From the IMG/VR virus record IMGVR_UViG_3300028840_004786: a DNA stretch of 64,000 nucleotides; one strand, written 5' to 3'. A program made the translations under genes and the position numbers. Source of the DNA: a virus. Shown piece after piece: positions 54,179-63,331 of the stretch (positions are counted from its first letter, which is position 1; every line of letters begins with the position of its first letter). The notes beneath the pieces were generated by a model, which was given only the letters and a program-made list of their open reading frames with translations, was not told the DNA's origin and did not search any database.

Positions 54179-55765
54179 TTACGCATTCCCTTGCGCACTT
54201 TGTCTTCTACTCACCTGTGAACCCTCGTTCCCTTCGGCATTTACTTCACCTCCTTCGTTTTCAAATGCTTCATCAGGCGGCAGTAAAGTAAAGACAGGAC
54301 CTTCCTCTATTTCAGAATCAATGTCGGCAAGTAATTCATCTTCAGCCGACGGAATCATCATACGGACAGCCATCTTTTGTACTTCCTGATTATATGTTGG
54401 GCTGTCTGTTATAATAACTTTGGATGTTAATAAGTTTTCAAGGTCTGTCATTAAATCTTCCACCTCAAAGGTTTTAACGTAGTCAAATCGAAGTTCCCCC
54501 TCATACTTCTCAAGTTCCTGTTGCCACATCAGCCAATAACGAACAACATTCCTCTTCGCTTTTACTACATTCTTTCCTTTCTTTACTAACTTGGAATTGA
54601 GTAATTGAAATTCGGCTTTTAAAGCAACTCCACTTCTTGCTTCTGTTTGTATCTCGGTTGCAGCCATACCCCCAACATTACTGGCCCGATATATCTCACT
54701 AACTTTCTTTCCAATGACTTCCAGTATAGCCGTGACCGGACCCTGACATTCGGCACTTAACCAGTCAGCCTTCGTTCCTTCGGGATTTTCAGGATCGAAC
54801 TCAAGTATAGCAGTGATTCCAACTTCATCCTTCTGATCCGCGCTGGCTTCCGGTGAACCAGCTTCCCTTTTAGGCTTTCTCATCATCGGAAATGCGCTGT
54901 AATTAACAATTTCTTCAATTTGACTTAAATTGCGCATAATGGAAACGTCAATACGGCTGACATCCGCTATATCACTAAGACCAACATCTCTGTCAATTGT
55001 ACTTCGCTGGTTATAGAGCCAAACGAAGGGTATCTCGCCCAAATTGTGTTCACCTTCCGCTACTCTTACTGCAGTTTGACCAACCTTTTCCATTTTACTA
55101 CCGCGTTCTTTTGCTATCCTTTTTAGATCAGCTGACTCTTCTTCAATGATTTCCCATATCTCCCATTTGTCCGGAGTCCAAATACGGTAGTACTCGTCAT
55201 CATCCAATAATTTTAGATAAACCAAATGCTTTTTGCCTTCCACATCTACTTCATATTCCCAATCCAATATATTGGTTGGTTTATATGCGGCAAGATACGG
55301 ATAAAGTTTTCTTCCCACTCTATCAGCTCTATTTTCAGTACTTACACGTGGTTTATCTATAAGGATTCCAACGAGCCCTTGTATAGAAGCCTGACGCGAT
55401 TGCTCAATGAAGAATTCGTCAAACTCGTCCCCTTCATGATTACAATCTTCTTGAAACATTTGCCATTCCGGGTCATCCCCTAATTTGTCAGGGATTGTTC
55501 GAGGATAGTCCTTCTTAAAAAGGTAGCTATTTAATAGATCAACGATAGAACGGCTATAAGTAAAGCCGTATGCCTCGGCCTGTCGGCGTTGGAAGTTAGC
55601 ATAACTCTCGCGTTCATGCTGTTCAAAAGCACCCCACGCTATGAGTGCACGAACTCCTTCATACGCCGCATTTAAGAACTTCCATTCGTCATAGTACTTG
55701 TCATACAGCTCGTGCGTTGACTTTAGAAGTTCGTCATCCATGTTTTCAATGGGATACTTTGCCAT
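54179..55765 (-). CDS. portal protein
   Basis: 528-aa ORF immediately downstream of the large terminase, with an acidic C-terminus. Confidence 0.8.
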   Translation of the reverse strand: MAKYPIENMDDELLKSTHELYDKYYDEWKFLNAAYEGVRALIAWGAFEQHERESYANFQRRQAEAYGFTYSRSIVDLLNSYLFKKDYPRTIPDKLGDDPEWQMFQEDCNHEGDEFDEFFIEQSRQASIQGLVGILIDKPRVSTENRADRVGRKLYPYLAAYKPTNILDWEYEVDVEGKKHLVYLKLLDDDEYYRIWTPDKWEIWEIIEEESADLKRIAKERGSKMEKVGQTAVRVAEGEHNLGEIPFVWLYNQRSTIDRDVGLSDIADVSRIDVSIMRNLSQIEEIVNYSAFPMMRKPKREAGSPEASADQKDEVGITAILEFDPENPEGTKADWLSAECQGPVTAILEVIGKKVSEIYRASNVGGMAATEIQTEARSGVALKAEFQLLNSKLVKKGKNVVKAKRNVVRYWLMWQQELEKYEGELRFDYVKTFEVEDLMTDLENLLTSKVIITDSPTYNQEVQKMAVRMMIPSAEDELLADIDSEIEEGPVFTLLPPDEAFENEGGEVNAEGNEGSQVSRRQSAQGNA

Positions 55766-55775
55766 GAGTTATCTC

Positions 55776-57167
55776 CTATTTCCAGTATTTCTGTCCAGAT
55801 GAAACGTAACGCTTTTTTACAGGATACTTCACCCAAGTCCGGTATCCATATGCATCTGTAAGATGGGTCAATTCCGGATTGGTGTTTTTATCAATTTCTC
55901 CTGCTCCCCCTTCTATAAGCGTTACACCTTCGAAGTCCTTTACTGTGTATGGTGCTTTACTGGGATCGACCATGCAATTAATGTAACCAGTTAATGTTAG
56001 CAATCTACTATTAACACTATTTATTCGGTCTCGCTCCCTTGGATTTACTTTCACACGAAAGAAAACTCGATCAGAACCAAAATGACTCCATAACTTTTGC
56101 TTTACCAATTGCCAATCTGACCCCTGTACCGCAGCACTACCGCGTGAACCACCAGTAAAATCTCCATAACAGAAAATCTTTCCTTTGTGTTTTCCCCAAT
56201 CCTGAATAAGTTTATCACAGACACGAATCGTGTTTGAATTCTGTTTTATATATACTTCACCAATGATCCCGTCACCATATGTCTCTTCTTCTTGACTTGT
56301 CGGCAACCACTGCTCTTGCACAACCACCGCCACGCCTGGATTAACATTAAAGTCAAAACAGAAGTCAAGATGGCCTTTAGGATTATATTCAAGTTTTCCA
56401 CAATGAGTTCTATCTAAAAAGTTATAATATGCTCGGCCACTGAAGTTAACAAAAGACGCTTCATACTCCTGCTGATAAGTTAACTCATCTAAATCCCGCT
56501 TCGCACTTTCAATTTCTTCGGGAGGTAGTATATCAGCGCTTTTCCACCAGAAGGCGTTCCACTCAGGCACAGTACCATTTTTAATCGCCCACATCAGTTG
56601 AGCTTGTGCGTCCTTATATATATCGTAGTAATGATTTCTTCCCTCAGGAACACCTATAAAATCACACCATCCTTTTCTATCACTCAGGGCAGCGCGAACA
56701 TGCTCATACCATGTGTCCTTTTTCATATTGGCATATTCGTCAAGTACTCCTCCATCCCACGGTGTTCCCTCAACACGCTCCGGTTTATCCATCCCGAGAA
56801 CATGTATCTCAGCATTATTGATTAGAGATATAGTTAAATGACTTTCGCTGATTCCATTTGGTTTAACAAAAGTCTTAGGAATCATACGCTTTAAATCTTT
56901 CCAGTAAATCCGCTTCGCTTGATCCCTTGTTGGTGCGGCAGCAAAGAACTTAGGATCTGGAAAAGAAGTTCCCCGGAGGGCGCGAAGTATAAGTCTGCGC
57001 TTTCCGCATAACTCAGTTTTCCCACTTCTTCGCCCTGCGGGGACGACGTTAAATCGGCTCTGGGCAAGCCATAGGCGTGCCTGTTCATTGTGAGGCCTCA
57101 GGGGATACCAATTGGCCTTACGAATAGCTTCTTTAAGATCGTTGGATATTTCTATGGGTTGTAGCAT
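55776..57167 (-). CDS. terL: terminase large subunit
   Basis: Walker A PAGRRSGKT and Walker B GGVLDEYA, with a C-terminal nuclease-like half. 463 aa. Confidence 0.9.
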   Translation of the reverse strand: MLQPIEISNDLKEAIRKANWYPLRPHNEQARLWLAQSRFNVVPAGRRSGKTELCGKRRLILRALRGTSFPDPKFFAAAPTRDQAKRIYWKDLKRMIPKTFVKPNGISESHLTISLINNAEIHVLGMDKPERVEGTPWDGGVLDEYANMKKDTWYEHVRAALSDRKGWCDFIGVPEGRNHYYDIYKDAQAQLMWAIKNGTVPEWNAFWWKSADILPPEEIESAKRDLDELTYQQEYEASFVNFSGRAYYNFLDRTHCGKLEYNPKGHLDFCFDFNVNPGVAVVVQEQWLPTSQEEETYGDGIIGEVYIKQNSNTIRVCDKLIQDWGKHKGKIFCYGDFTGGSRGSAAVQGSDWQLVKQKLWSHFGSDRVFFRVKVNPRERDRINSVNSRLLTLTGYINCMVDPSKAPYTVKDFEGVTLIEGGAGEIDKNTNPELTHLTDAYGYRTWVKYPVKKRYVSSGQKYWK

Positions 57168-57473
57168 TTATCCAATATTTCCAAAAGTATTTCTCAGCGT
57201 AGGGGACCGCTTCTTTTTAAATCCGCCCCACATCTCCTTCTGTTGTTTATTTATAGAAGAACGAACAGCTTTCTTTCTCGATGCCATTTTTTCTTTATGG
57301 GCAGACTTCATTTTCGCTGCTTTTTTCTCTAATTTTGCTATATAAGCAGCTTTGCGTTCAGCCTTTGACTTTCCACCCTTCTTCTTTGCTGCCCTTGCTA
57401 CCGCTATATTCTTACGACGAGCGGACTTCTGTTTTGAAGTAATTTTCTTTTTAATAATACTTTTTCTTGCCAT
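57168..57473 (-). CDS. highly basic Lys/Ala-rich protein (DNA-binding; histone-like or small-terminase-position)
   Basis: 101 aa, roughly one third Lys/Arg. It abuts the terL start. Confidence 0.5.
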   Translation of the reverse strand: MARKSIIKKKITSKQKSARRKNIAVARAAKKKGGKSKAERKAAYIAKLEKKAAKMKSAHKEKMASRKKAVRSSINKQQKEMWGGFKKKRSPTLRNTFGNIG

Positions 57474-57476
57474 GGT

Positions 57477-57719
57477 TCAATCCTCCAAACTATTTATCAT
57501 ATAACGTTTCCATCGATCCACTAATAGGTTCTGTTCAGCCACGGAACCCATACTGGACGCACAACAGAACTCCCCGTTCGCATCAATTCCTATAAGAATG
57601 ACTTTACTAAAATGACCAACATTATTCTTTAGGACTTTGTCAGCGGAAAGATCTAAAACAGTTTCGCCTTCAAATTCAAGTACTTTATGTACACGATAAA
57701 ACTTTTCATCATCTTTCAT
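57477..57719 (-). CDS. hypothetical protein
   Basis: 80-aa ORF. Confidence 0.5.
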   Translation of the reverse strand: MKDDEKFYRVHKVLEFEGETVLDLSADKVLKNNVGHFSKVILIGIDANGEFCCASSMGSVAEQNLLVDRWKRYMINSLED

Positions 57720-57722
57720 TTT

Positions 57723-58028
57723 TCAAATCCAACTTGGCAATTTACATTTGTCTCGAAGAAAAGGATCTTCTCGCCCATCGTATTCCTTGCAGTAATCCGG
57801 GCGATTTTCATACACATTACATCCATCCTTTGTCAGATGCGGACAAGGGCTCGGAATCATGACAGGCATAAACCTATCCACAGAACTAACAACATCAAAT
57901 CCACGATGTGAGTAATAATCTCTCATCTTATTTCTATAACCATCAGATGGACTTAAAGTAAAAGTAACCCATTTACAACATTCTTGACATTTGACGCATA
58001 TCTCCTGTTGTTCTTTTGTATTTTTCAT
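57723..58028 (-). CDS. YkgJ-family CxxCxxCC zinc/iron-chelating domain protein
   Basis: CVKCQECCKW ... CPHLTKDGCNVYENRPDYCKEY. Confidence 0.6.
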   Translation of the reverse strand: MKNTKEQQEICVKCQECCKWVTFTLSPSDGYRNKMRDYYSHRGFDVVSSVDRFMPVMIPSPCPHLTKDGCNVYENRPDYCKEYDGREDPFLRDKCKLPSWI

Positions 58029-58651
58029 TATCTATACTCCATGAAGTGATTTTTAATTAAGTAATTTATTATTTGCATTTCGGCGTTATTTACTTTCTCT
58101 TCCACAGATTTACTACATTCCGCAGGTATATCCTTTGGGCTTTCATTCTTTGGCTTTGGTGGTAAAGTAATTGGTCCATCATATCCCCATGAACCAAGCA
58201 GTTCCGGGAGTTGCTGTGTTAAATTAGGTAACCAAAGTAAATCGGTTACGAAAGGAAAGAACCTACAGTACAAAGAAGTAACGTATCCAAATGGATACCA
58301 CTTTACCACCCGAGTCAAAAAATGATTAAAAGAAAATACTTTTCCGCCAGCTTCTTTCCAGATAAAGAAGTCTAACGGATGTCCGGGCTTCATTCCCCCT
58401 TTTCCGTAATGTTTATAAATTCTAAAACGATAAAAGGAACGATACCAGTCAATGGGAGGCCGAAGTATAGTAAAGGAACGTTCCACATCCCCACGCAGAC
58501 ATGCATTTAGAGGTCCACCATGTTTATGACCGAAATGTCTCATCGATGGTTTTACTCCATTACGTCTAAGCCCACGGCAGGTTCGAATAGTATAGTTTCC
58601 GCCTGTCCGGGGGATGTGGAAGAAAAAGTTTCCATTTCCTAACTCAAGCAT
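58028..58651 (-). CDS. sulfotransferase-like protein (Sulfotransfer_2-type HIPxTGG motif)
   Basis: The N-terminal FFFHIPRTGGNYT resembles the FIHIPKTGGTS PAPS-binding motif. Confidence 0.45.
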   Translation of the reverse strand: MLELGNGNFFFHIPRTGGNYTIRTCRGLRRNGVKPSMRHFGHKHGGPLNACLRGDVERSFTILRPPIDWYRSFYRFRIYKHYGKGGMKPGHPLDFFIWKEAGGKVFSFNHFLTRVVKWYPFGYVTSLYCRFFPFVTDLLWLPNLTQQLPELLGSWGYDGPITLPPKPKNESPKDIPAECSKSVEEKVNNAEMQIINYLIKNHFMEYR

Positions 58652-58848
58652 AACCGAATATCTCCTTTAACCTTAGGAATCTCCCATATAGCTTCATCAG
58701 ACAGGTTCTGATTTATTTTGCATTTCATGCACATCTTCCACGGAGTCCCCGTCCCCGTCCAGTATATCATCGTCTTGTGCAACCTCCGGCACTTCGGGCA
58801 TTTGCACTTCGTCATCTTCTCCCCGTTCATCTTGTGGCTCCTCCTCAT
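58639..58848 (-). CDS. possible zinc-ribbon protein overlapping the 3' end of 58697-59476
   Basis: CKCPKCRR...CMKCK motifs. It shares a 152-nt out-of-frame overlap with the acidic tail of the upstream ORF, so only one of the two may be real. Confidence 0.3.
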   Translation of the reverse strand: MRRSHKMNGEKMTKCKCPKCRRLHKTMIYWTGTGTPWKMCMKCKINQNLSDEAIWEIPKVKGDIRLCLS

Positions 58849-59476
58849 CTACCGTCATCTTCTCAGGTTCATCTTCATATCCAATAATATATTCATCAAG
58901 CCCTTTCCATTGAAATGGGTTGTCATTAAGCTTGCGGAACATAACATAGATCGCAGAGCTTTTTTTATGTTCCACAATTTTTTGCTTCATAAGGTCGTAC
59001 TTGTTTTTGGAAATTAGAAGATCGAAGAACTCCGGAGAGTAAAGATAAGGAGAATGATTTTTCCATTCTTTTCCGATTGGACAGACATGAATTGCTATTC
59101 CACCTGTTGCAAGGAAGTAATGAGCATTTCGCCAGAACTCACGCTGGTTTTCTACATACTCAGCGGTTCCACCGTTAAAGATCAACTCATACTGCCTCCA
59201 TAGATTCTTTTGTTCTTCACCAAGATCTAATCGGAGGAAGTACTCGCCATCAGTTGGCTTTCCGTTAATTAAATCAATGCAGAAAACACTCTTGAACAAC
59301 ATTGTCATTGAAGCGTAGTGCCGCTGTGCAAGACGAAAGTCTTTTCTAACTTTCTTTCGCATCAGCTGCCTACCAATGAGTAAAAGGTTAACTTTAGGAA
59401 CGCTGTCACCATCGAAAAACTGGGCGTTCCGGGCACCTGAAATAATCATCTCGTCTGATAATTTGTTAACTCCCAT
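58697..59476 (-). CDS. possible class I methyltransferase-like protein with acidic C-terminal tail
   Basis: YELIFNGGTAEYVENQREFWRNAHYFLATGGIAIHVCP resembles post-motif-I regions of Methyltransf_11/23 proteins. Confidence 0.4.
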   Translation of the reverse strand: MGVNKLSDEMIISGARNAQFFDGDSVPKVNLLLIGRQLMRKKVRKDFRLAQRHYASMTMLFKSVFCIDLINGKPTDGEYFLRLDLGEEQKNLWRQYELIFNGGTAEYVENQREFWRNAHYFLATGGIAIHVCPIGKEWKNHSPYLYSPEFFDLLISKNKYDLMKQKIVEHKKSSAIYVMFRKLNDNPFQWKGLDEYIIGYEDEPEKMTVDEEEPQDERGEDDEVQMPEVPEVAQDDDILDGDGDSVEDVHEMQNKSEPV

Positions 59477-59721
59477 TTTGAAACTCCCTTCTTAAAGTTT
59501 AATGTGAAGTAATCCCTTAACTCAAGATCGTTACACGAACACATAGCTGATTCAGCAATTTCAATTATTTCTTCGGCAGTAAACTCACTTTCCAATGGGG
59601 CTTGAATCTCCTCCTCCTTGGGCGAATAACAGTCTATGCATAAAACTCCTATATTCGTTTCGACATAAACATATGGGCATTCAGCATGACAAGCGGAACA
59701 ATATTTAGTTAAACGAGCCAT
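59446..59721 (-). CDS. zinc-finger protein
   Basis: CSACHAEC...CIDC motifs. 91 aa. Confidence 0.45.
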   Translation of the reverse strand: MARLTKYCSACHAECPYVYVETNIGVLCIDCYSPKEEEIQAPLESEFTAEEIIEIAESAMCSCNDLELRDYFTLNFKKGVSKWELTNYQTR

Positions 59722-60112
59722 CTTCAGTTTTAGGAATTAAACCTTGCTCCTTTAATGATTCTTCAATCTCTTCCTTTTCAACCTTGCAAGGAATTAGAAT
59801 ATGACGAGCATAAAATTCACCTTGTCGCTCATAGTAAAAGCGACAAGTTTTTGTCTCCAACACAAGCTTCATGCTACATACCGCACAATGATAGATAACT
59901 TTATTGTAGTCACGATAACCAGTTACAACATGCTCATCCTTAAATTCCAATAGGGAAGCAATCTCATCTTCCAACTTTGAAAGAGCCCTTTCCATTGACT
60001 TTATATCTTTTGAAAGAACTGTCCACTTATTACTTCGAAGGTAACGAAGATAAGAAAGTAGTTCAAATTTCGGCTTTGACTTCATGTCGTTAAGATTAAT
60101 TATTTTCATCAT
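59705..60112 (-). CDS. hypothetical protein
   Basis: Start moved to MMKIINL (G-rich SD upstream). Confidence 0.45.
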   Translation of the reverse strand: MMKIINLNDMKSKPKFELLSYLRYLRSNKWTVLSKDIKSMERALSKLEDEIASLLEFKDEHVVTGYRDYNKVIYHCAVCSMKLVLETKTCRFYYERQGEFYARHILIPCKVEKEEIEESLKEQGLIPKTEDGSFN

Positions 60113-60674
60113 TTGCCCCCCAATCCAATTTAGAATCATGGATAAGAACAGGCTTCTCATGAAGTCCGAGCTCCTGGAACTCTCCCGGTCGCAATGCCTT
60201 GGTATCCGCAGAGATAAGCCCTCCCTTCATTAGCATCCAAGTATATATCTCACTACAGAACCAAGCATCGGCATCTACACTGACGCGCCCAGCAATATTT
60301 CTAAAGAGATTACCATAATCGTATGGGCGTCCTTTTGATACTTCCAAAAAAACTTGCTCAATCATTTTGTTGCGCTGTGGGTCAGTAATACTCTCTTTCA
60401 ACGGGGACCAGAACACTTGGCCATTATACTCCTCCAACCGAAGACTTAACAGACGCGGAACTACTCCCTTTGCCAAAGCTTCCAAAAGAAACCTTCTATC
60501 CTTTAAACCAGCATACATTATCGGACGGATAAGAATTGAACTGTGGTTAACATTTGCTCCTGTGAACATTCTTATCATAAAAGAAATAGGTGAAGTATAA
60601 CTCCTCCACTCGATAAGGTCACAAGTTTTCATCCACTCCGAGAACGCTCTATAGAGCCTTATGTCGTACTTCAT
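60096..60674 (-). CDS. YiiX/C92-like permuted papain-fold (NlpC/P60 superfamily) amidase/peptidase candidate
   Basis: CDLIEWRS...NVNHSSILI...EALAKGV...WFCSEIY pattern. AGGAGG upstream. Confidence 0.4.
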   Translation of the reverse strand: MKYDIRLYRAFSEWMKTCDLIEWRSYTSPISFMIRMFTGANVNHSSILIRPIMYAGLKDRRFLLEALAKGVVPRLLSLRLEEYNGQVFWSPLKESITDPQRNKMIEQVFLEVSKGRPYDYGNLFRNIAGRVSVDADAWFCSEIYTWMLMKGGLISADTKALRPGEFQELGLHEKPVLIHDSKLDWGANDENN

Positions 60675-60697
60675 TTACTTTTTTCTCCTCCTTTCAT

Positions 60698-60853
60698 TTA
60701 GTTATCGTGGACAGTAATTTCCATTTGAAGTATTCCAACCACTTTATTAGGATAAGCTAAGAATTCAGCTTCGGCCCATGATTCCGCTTCAACATTATCT
60801 CCACAGAACTTCTTCCCGTCTTTTTCATATTCTGTTAAAAAAGTTTTCTTCAT
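60698..60853 (-). CDS. 51-aa hypothetical protein
   Basis: MKKTFLTEYEKDGKKFCGDNVEAESWAEAEFLAYPNKVVGILQMEITVHDN fills the gap between two genes. Below the track cutoff. Confidence 0.4.
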   Translation of the reverse strand: MKKTFLTEYEKDGKKFCGDNVEAESWAEAEFLAYPNKVVGILQMEITVHDN

Positions 60854-60857
60854 TTTT

Positions 60858-61484
60858 CTAATCCGGCATATCTTCGGGTGGCTTCATGCCATTGTGAACG
60901 TTTGGAACTGTGTTAAACAGTATATCAGCGGCAGCCTTGATATCTCGGGCTGTCTCTTCCACTGTTTTCTCATTGTCTGTTCCTTGTTTATTTCGACCAT
61001 ACTCCTCCGGATAAAGCCTTTCCAAGCGCCAAGCCGCAGCCGTCCACTGAGGCATTAACTCTTTTGTCGTAACAGTAGTTTCTATTCCTTTCGGGCCGAT
61101 AGTAATCTTTCGTTCGGTAATGCGCTTTCCACCCTGATAAGCTTTACGAATAGTTTCCAAGGCTTCCAGTTCTTTTTTATGTTCAATTTGTTTGACTTTT
61201 CTACGGAAGTAATTGTAGGTGGGGCGAGACTTATCTTTTCCTAATTCTAACCACTTGCGATAAGTATCCGGGGAAATACCAGCTAATCCACATGCACGAG
61301 TAATACTTATTCCAGCCGACAAAGCTTCAATTAGAACACGACGACGACTACGGGTAAACTTTCTTCTGTTAGTTAACGTATCCGGACGTCGACGAATTAT
61401 TCTACCTTTTGCTTTCGGTAATTGAGGTGGTACTTTGTCAGGATGTCTCCTCTGTATTTTTCTTCGCTTTGATCTTTTCCTCAT
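60858..61484 (-). CDS. HTH DNA-binding protein, small-terminase-like or late regulator
   Basis: Arg/Lys-rich N-terminus followed by LIEALSAGISITRACGLAGISPDTYRKW (HTH). It is the first gene of the minus arm. Confidence 0.45.
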   Translation of the reverse strand: MRKRSKRRKIQRRHPDKVPPQLPKAKGRIIRRRPDTLTNRRKFTRSRRRVLIEALSAGISITRACGLAGISPDTYRKWLELGKDKSRPTYNYFRRKVKQIEHKKELEALETIRKAYQGGKRITERKITIGPKGIETTVTTKELMPQWTAAAWRLERLYPEEYGRNKQGTDNEKTVEETARDIKAAADILFNTVPNVHNGMKPPEDMPD

Positions 61485-63025
61485 ATATCAACATTCCAAG
61501 AATAAGTATATTTTAAATAATGAAATATTATAATTTATAAAACAATGGAATGACAAGTAAAAAACCTATTCCCGTCGTTTTATCCACAAAAAGGAAATGA
61601 CCTGACACAAAGCTTTTTTTATATAGCCTTTTTAACCTATAACCGTCCACCACATGTGATCTATGTTAAAAGCCGTTTAAATACCTTATTTAGCCATTAA
61701 GGCTTTATTATTGTATGTCATTCCAGATGGTTATATATCGCCCTGTATCCCTCGGTATCCGTGGACTGTTTTTCACGTATAACTGATTAAAATAATTAAC
61801 GATTGTTCCCGACTCTGTTATCCCTCTACCACCATACGATTGCAGCGGTGAATTTGGTAAAAAACCGTTCTTGTATCCCTCGTAAATAGTGGACACTTTC
61901 TATTTGAATCCCTCTATTGATAAGGACCCCAGCGGTGGTTTTTAAGCGTTTTCGTAAAAACCAAAAAACCTCCAAAAATTTTTTTGCTGAAAGCCGATTT
62001 TGTAATTCCGCAAATAGTCCAGAATAGCGTCTGATTTTACCACGTGCAGTTCCTACGAATATAAGGATCTATGCTTTTTTCATGTCGCAGGGTCAAAAAA
62101 ACAGAATTTTTCCGATTTTTTTTACGTCCAAAATTCCCGATTTTTCCGACCGCTATCCCTCGGACTGCGGGGGATTAGAGGGGTGAACGTTAAAATGGGA
62201 AGGATGGACATGGATTTTTATATTAAAACCGATTTTTTTCTTGTGTTTATCAACAGATATGATAATATGAACATAGGGGGACGAGTGACAGCGTCCCCCT
62301 CGGGTCGCCTCCCACGACGGTCGGTGCCTCGGAAACAAAAAAACCTGTCATTCCCTCCAACATAAAACGGCTCGTGTTCAGTTCGCGGTGATGGTGGCAA
62401 AGTTAAATCGAATATTCGGGGTCGGGCGCCATGGGGAGAGCTCCTAAGTCAACAGCTTGCGAACACAAAATAACATGACAAGTTAAATTTAAAACGGCTC
62501 GCATTTTTGGTCGTTTAAAGTTTTTCAGTCCGTCAGGGATCCCGGTCGTTCAGACCGCCCGAATATGTGAAGTAAAGTCAATATCGAACCTTTGTAAATT
62601 TCCCATCAAGTTAACCGGACGAATAAATAATCGCAGCTCCGTGCCTCGGTGTCCCTCTGTTCAATGTTGGTCTATATAAACAGCGGATGGAGATCATTTT
62701 CTTTCTGGCGGAAACATCAAGCTGGGGAGCAGGTAACAGGCTGCTAATCGCGAGAGTTATTGCTTTAAGTAGTCCGCGATGGAACATTGGAAGATCGGAA
62801 TGAAGATTCAAGTAATTCTGAAAATGATATTGCAAAAAAAATAATCCTCCTCCTTTAAATTGGTTAAAAAGCCTATAAGGAGCCGGAACCGATAGTAGTC
62901 TCTCGAGATACAGTGGGCGAAAAGCGTTCCGGCTACCCTTTAAGGGTTTACATTGTGTATTAACAAAATGTGAATCTTTAAAGGGTAGTAAAACTTTTAA
63001 CTTTAAATACATAGGAGGTAGTAAA
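61485..63025. other. 1.5-kb non-coding divergent control region with multiple short repeats and GC-rich hairpins (candidate origin, regulatory hub or ncRNA locus)
   Basis: No ORF here has an SD or plausible composition. TATCCCTC(G) occurs at 61746, 61819, 61874, 61908 (ATCCCTC) and 62154. CCGATTTT occurs at 61994, 62112, 62137 and 62229. TGTCATTCC occurs at 61716, 62346 and in reverse complement at 61547. AAAACGGCTCG occurs at 62364 and 62491. Hairpins at 62276-62299 and 62881-62934. Palindrome ACCCTTTAAGGGT at 62935-62947. Confidence 0.7.
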
Positions 63026-63304
63026 ATGGATTCAGCTAAATGTCCTAACTGCATGGAACCGTGGGTCTGGGATTGGTGCCAAGATCACTACCGCTACGCC
63101 GATAGCGGGAAGTTTGTTGATTCAGGCGAACATTGCCATAACAACGATAACGAAGATGACTTGCCAGAAGTTACTTTGTTCATCTGTAAATGTGGTTCTG
63201 TTAATTCCACAATGCTTTTTCTAAATGGTCAGACAGTAATGACTTTCGTTAAACCTTGGAAAAACATTGACTGGGAAAAGTGTTCTTGGGAAGATGACTG
63301 TTAA
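63026..63304 (+). CDS. Cys-rich small early protein
   Basis: AGGAGG upstream. CPNC...CKCG motifs. Confidence 0.55.
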   Translation: MDSAKCPNCMEPWVWDWCQDHYRYADSGKFVDSGEHCHNNDNEDDLPEVTLFICKCGSVNSTMLFLNGQTVMTFVKPWKNIDWEKCSWEDDC

Positions 63305-63331
63305 CCTTTAAATAACTAAGGAGCACCAAAA

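Noticed and set aside
61708-62400. ORFs 61708-61896(-), 62153-62338(-), 62183-62365(+) and 62218-62400(-)
   Set aside because: They overlap one another in the repeat-rich non-coding region, lack SD sequences, and have Pro/Arg/Gly-rich composition unlike the rest of the proteome.
62611-63054. A 147-aa minus-strand ORF spanning the early promoter region
   Set aside because: It has no SD and an odd composition. It overlaps the start of the well-supported plus-strand gene 63026-63304 and contains the palindromic operator-like sites.
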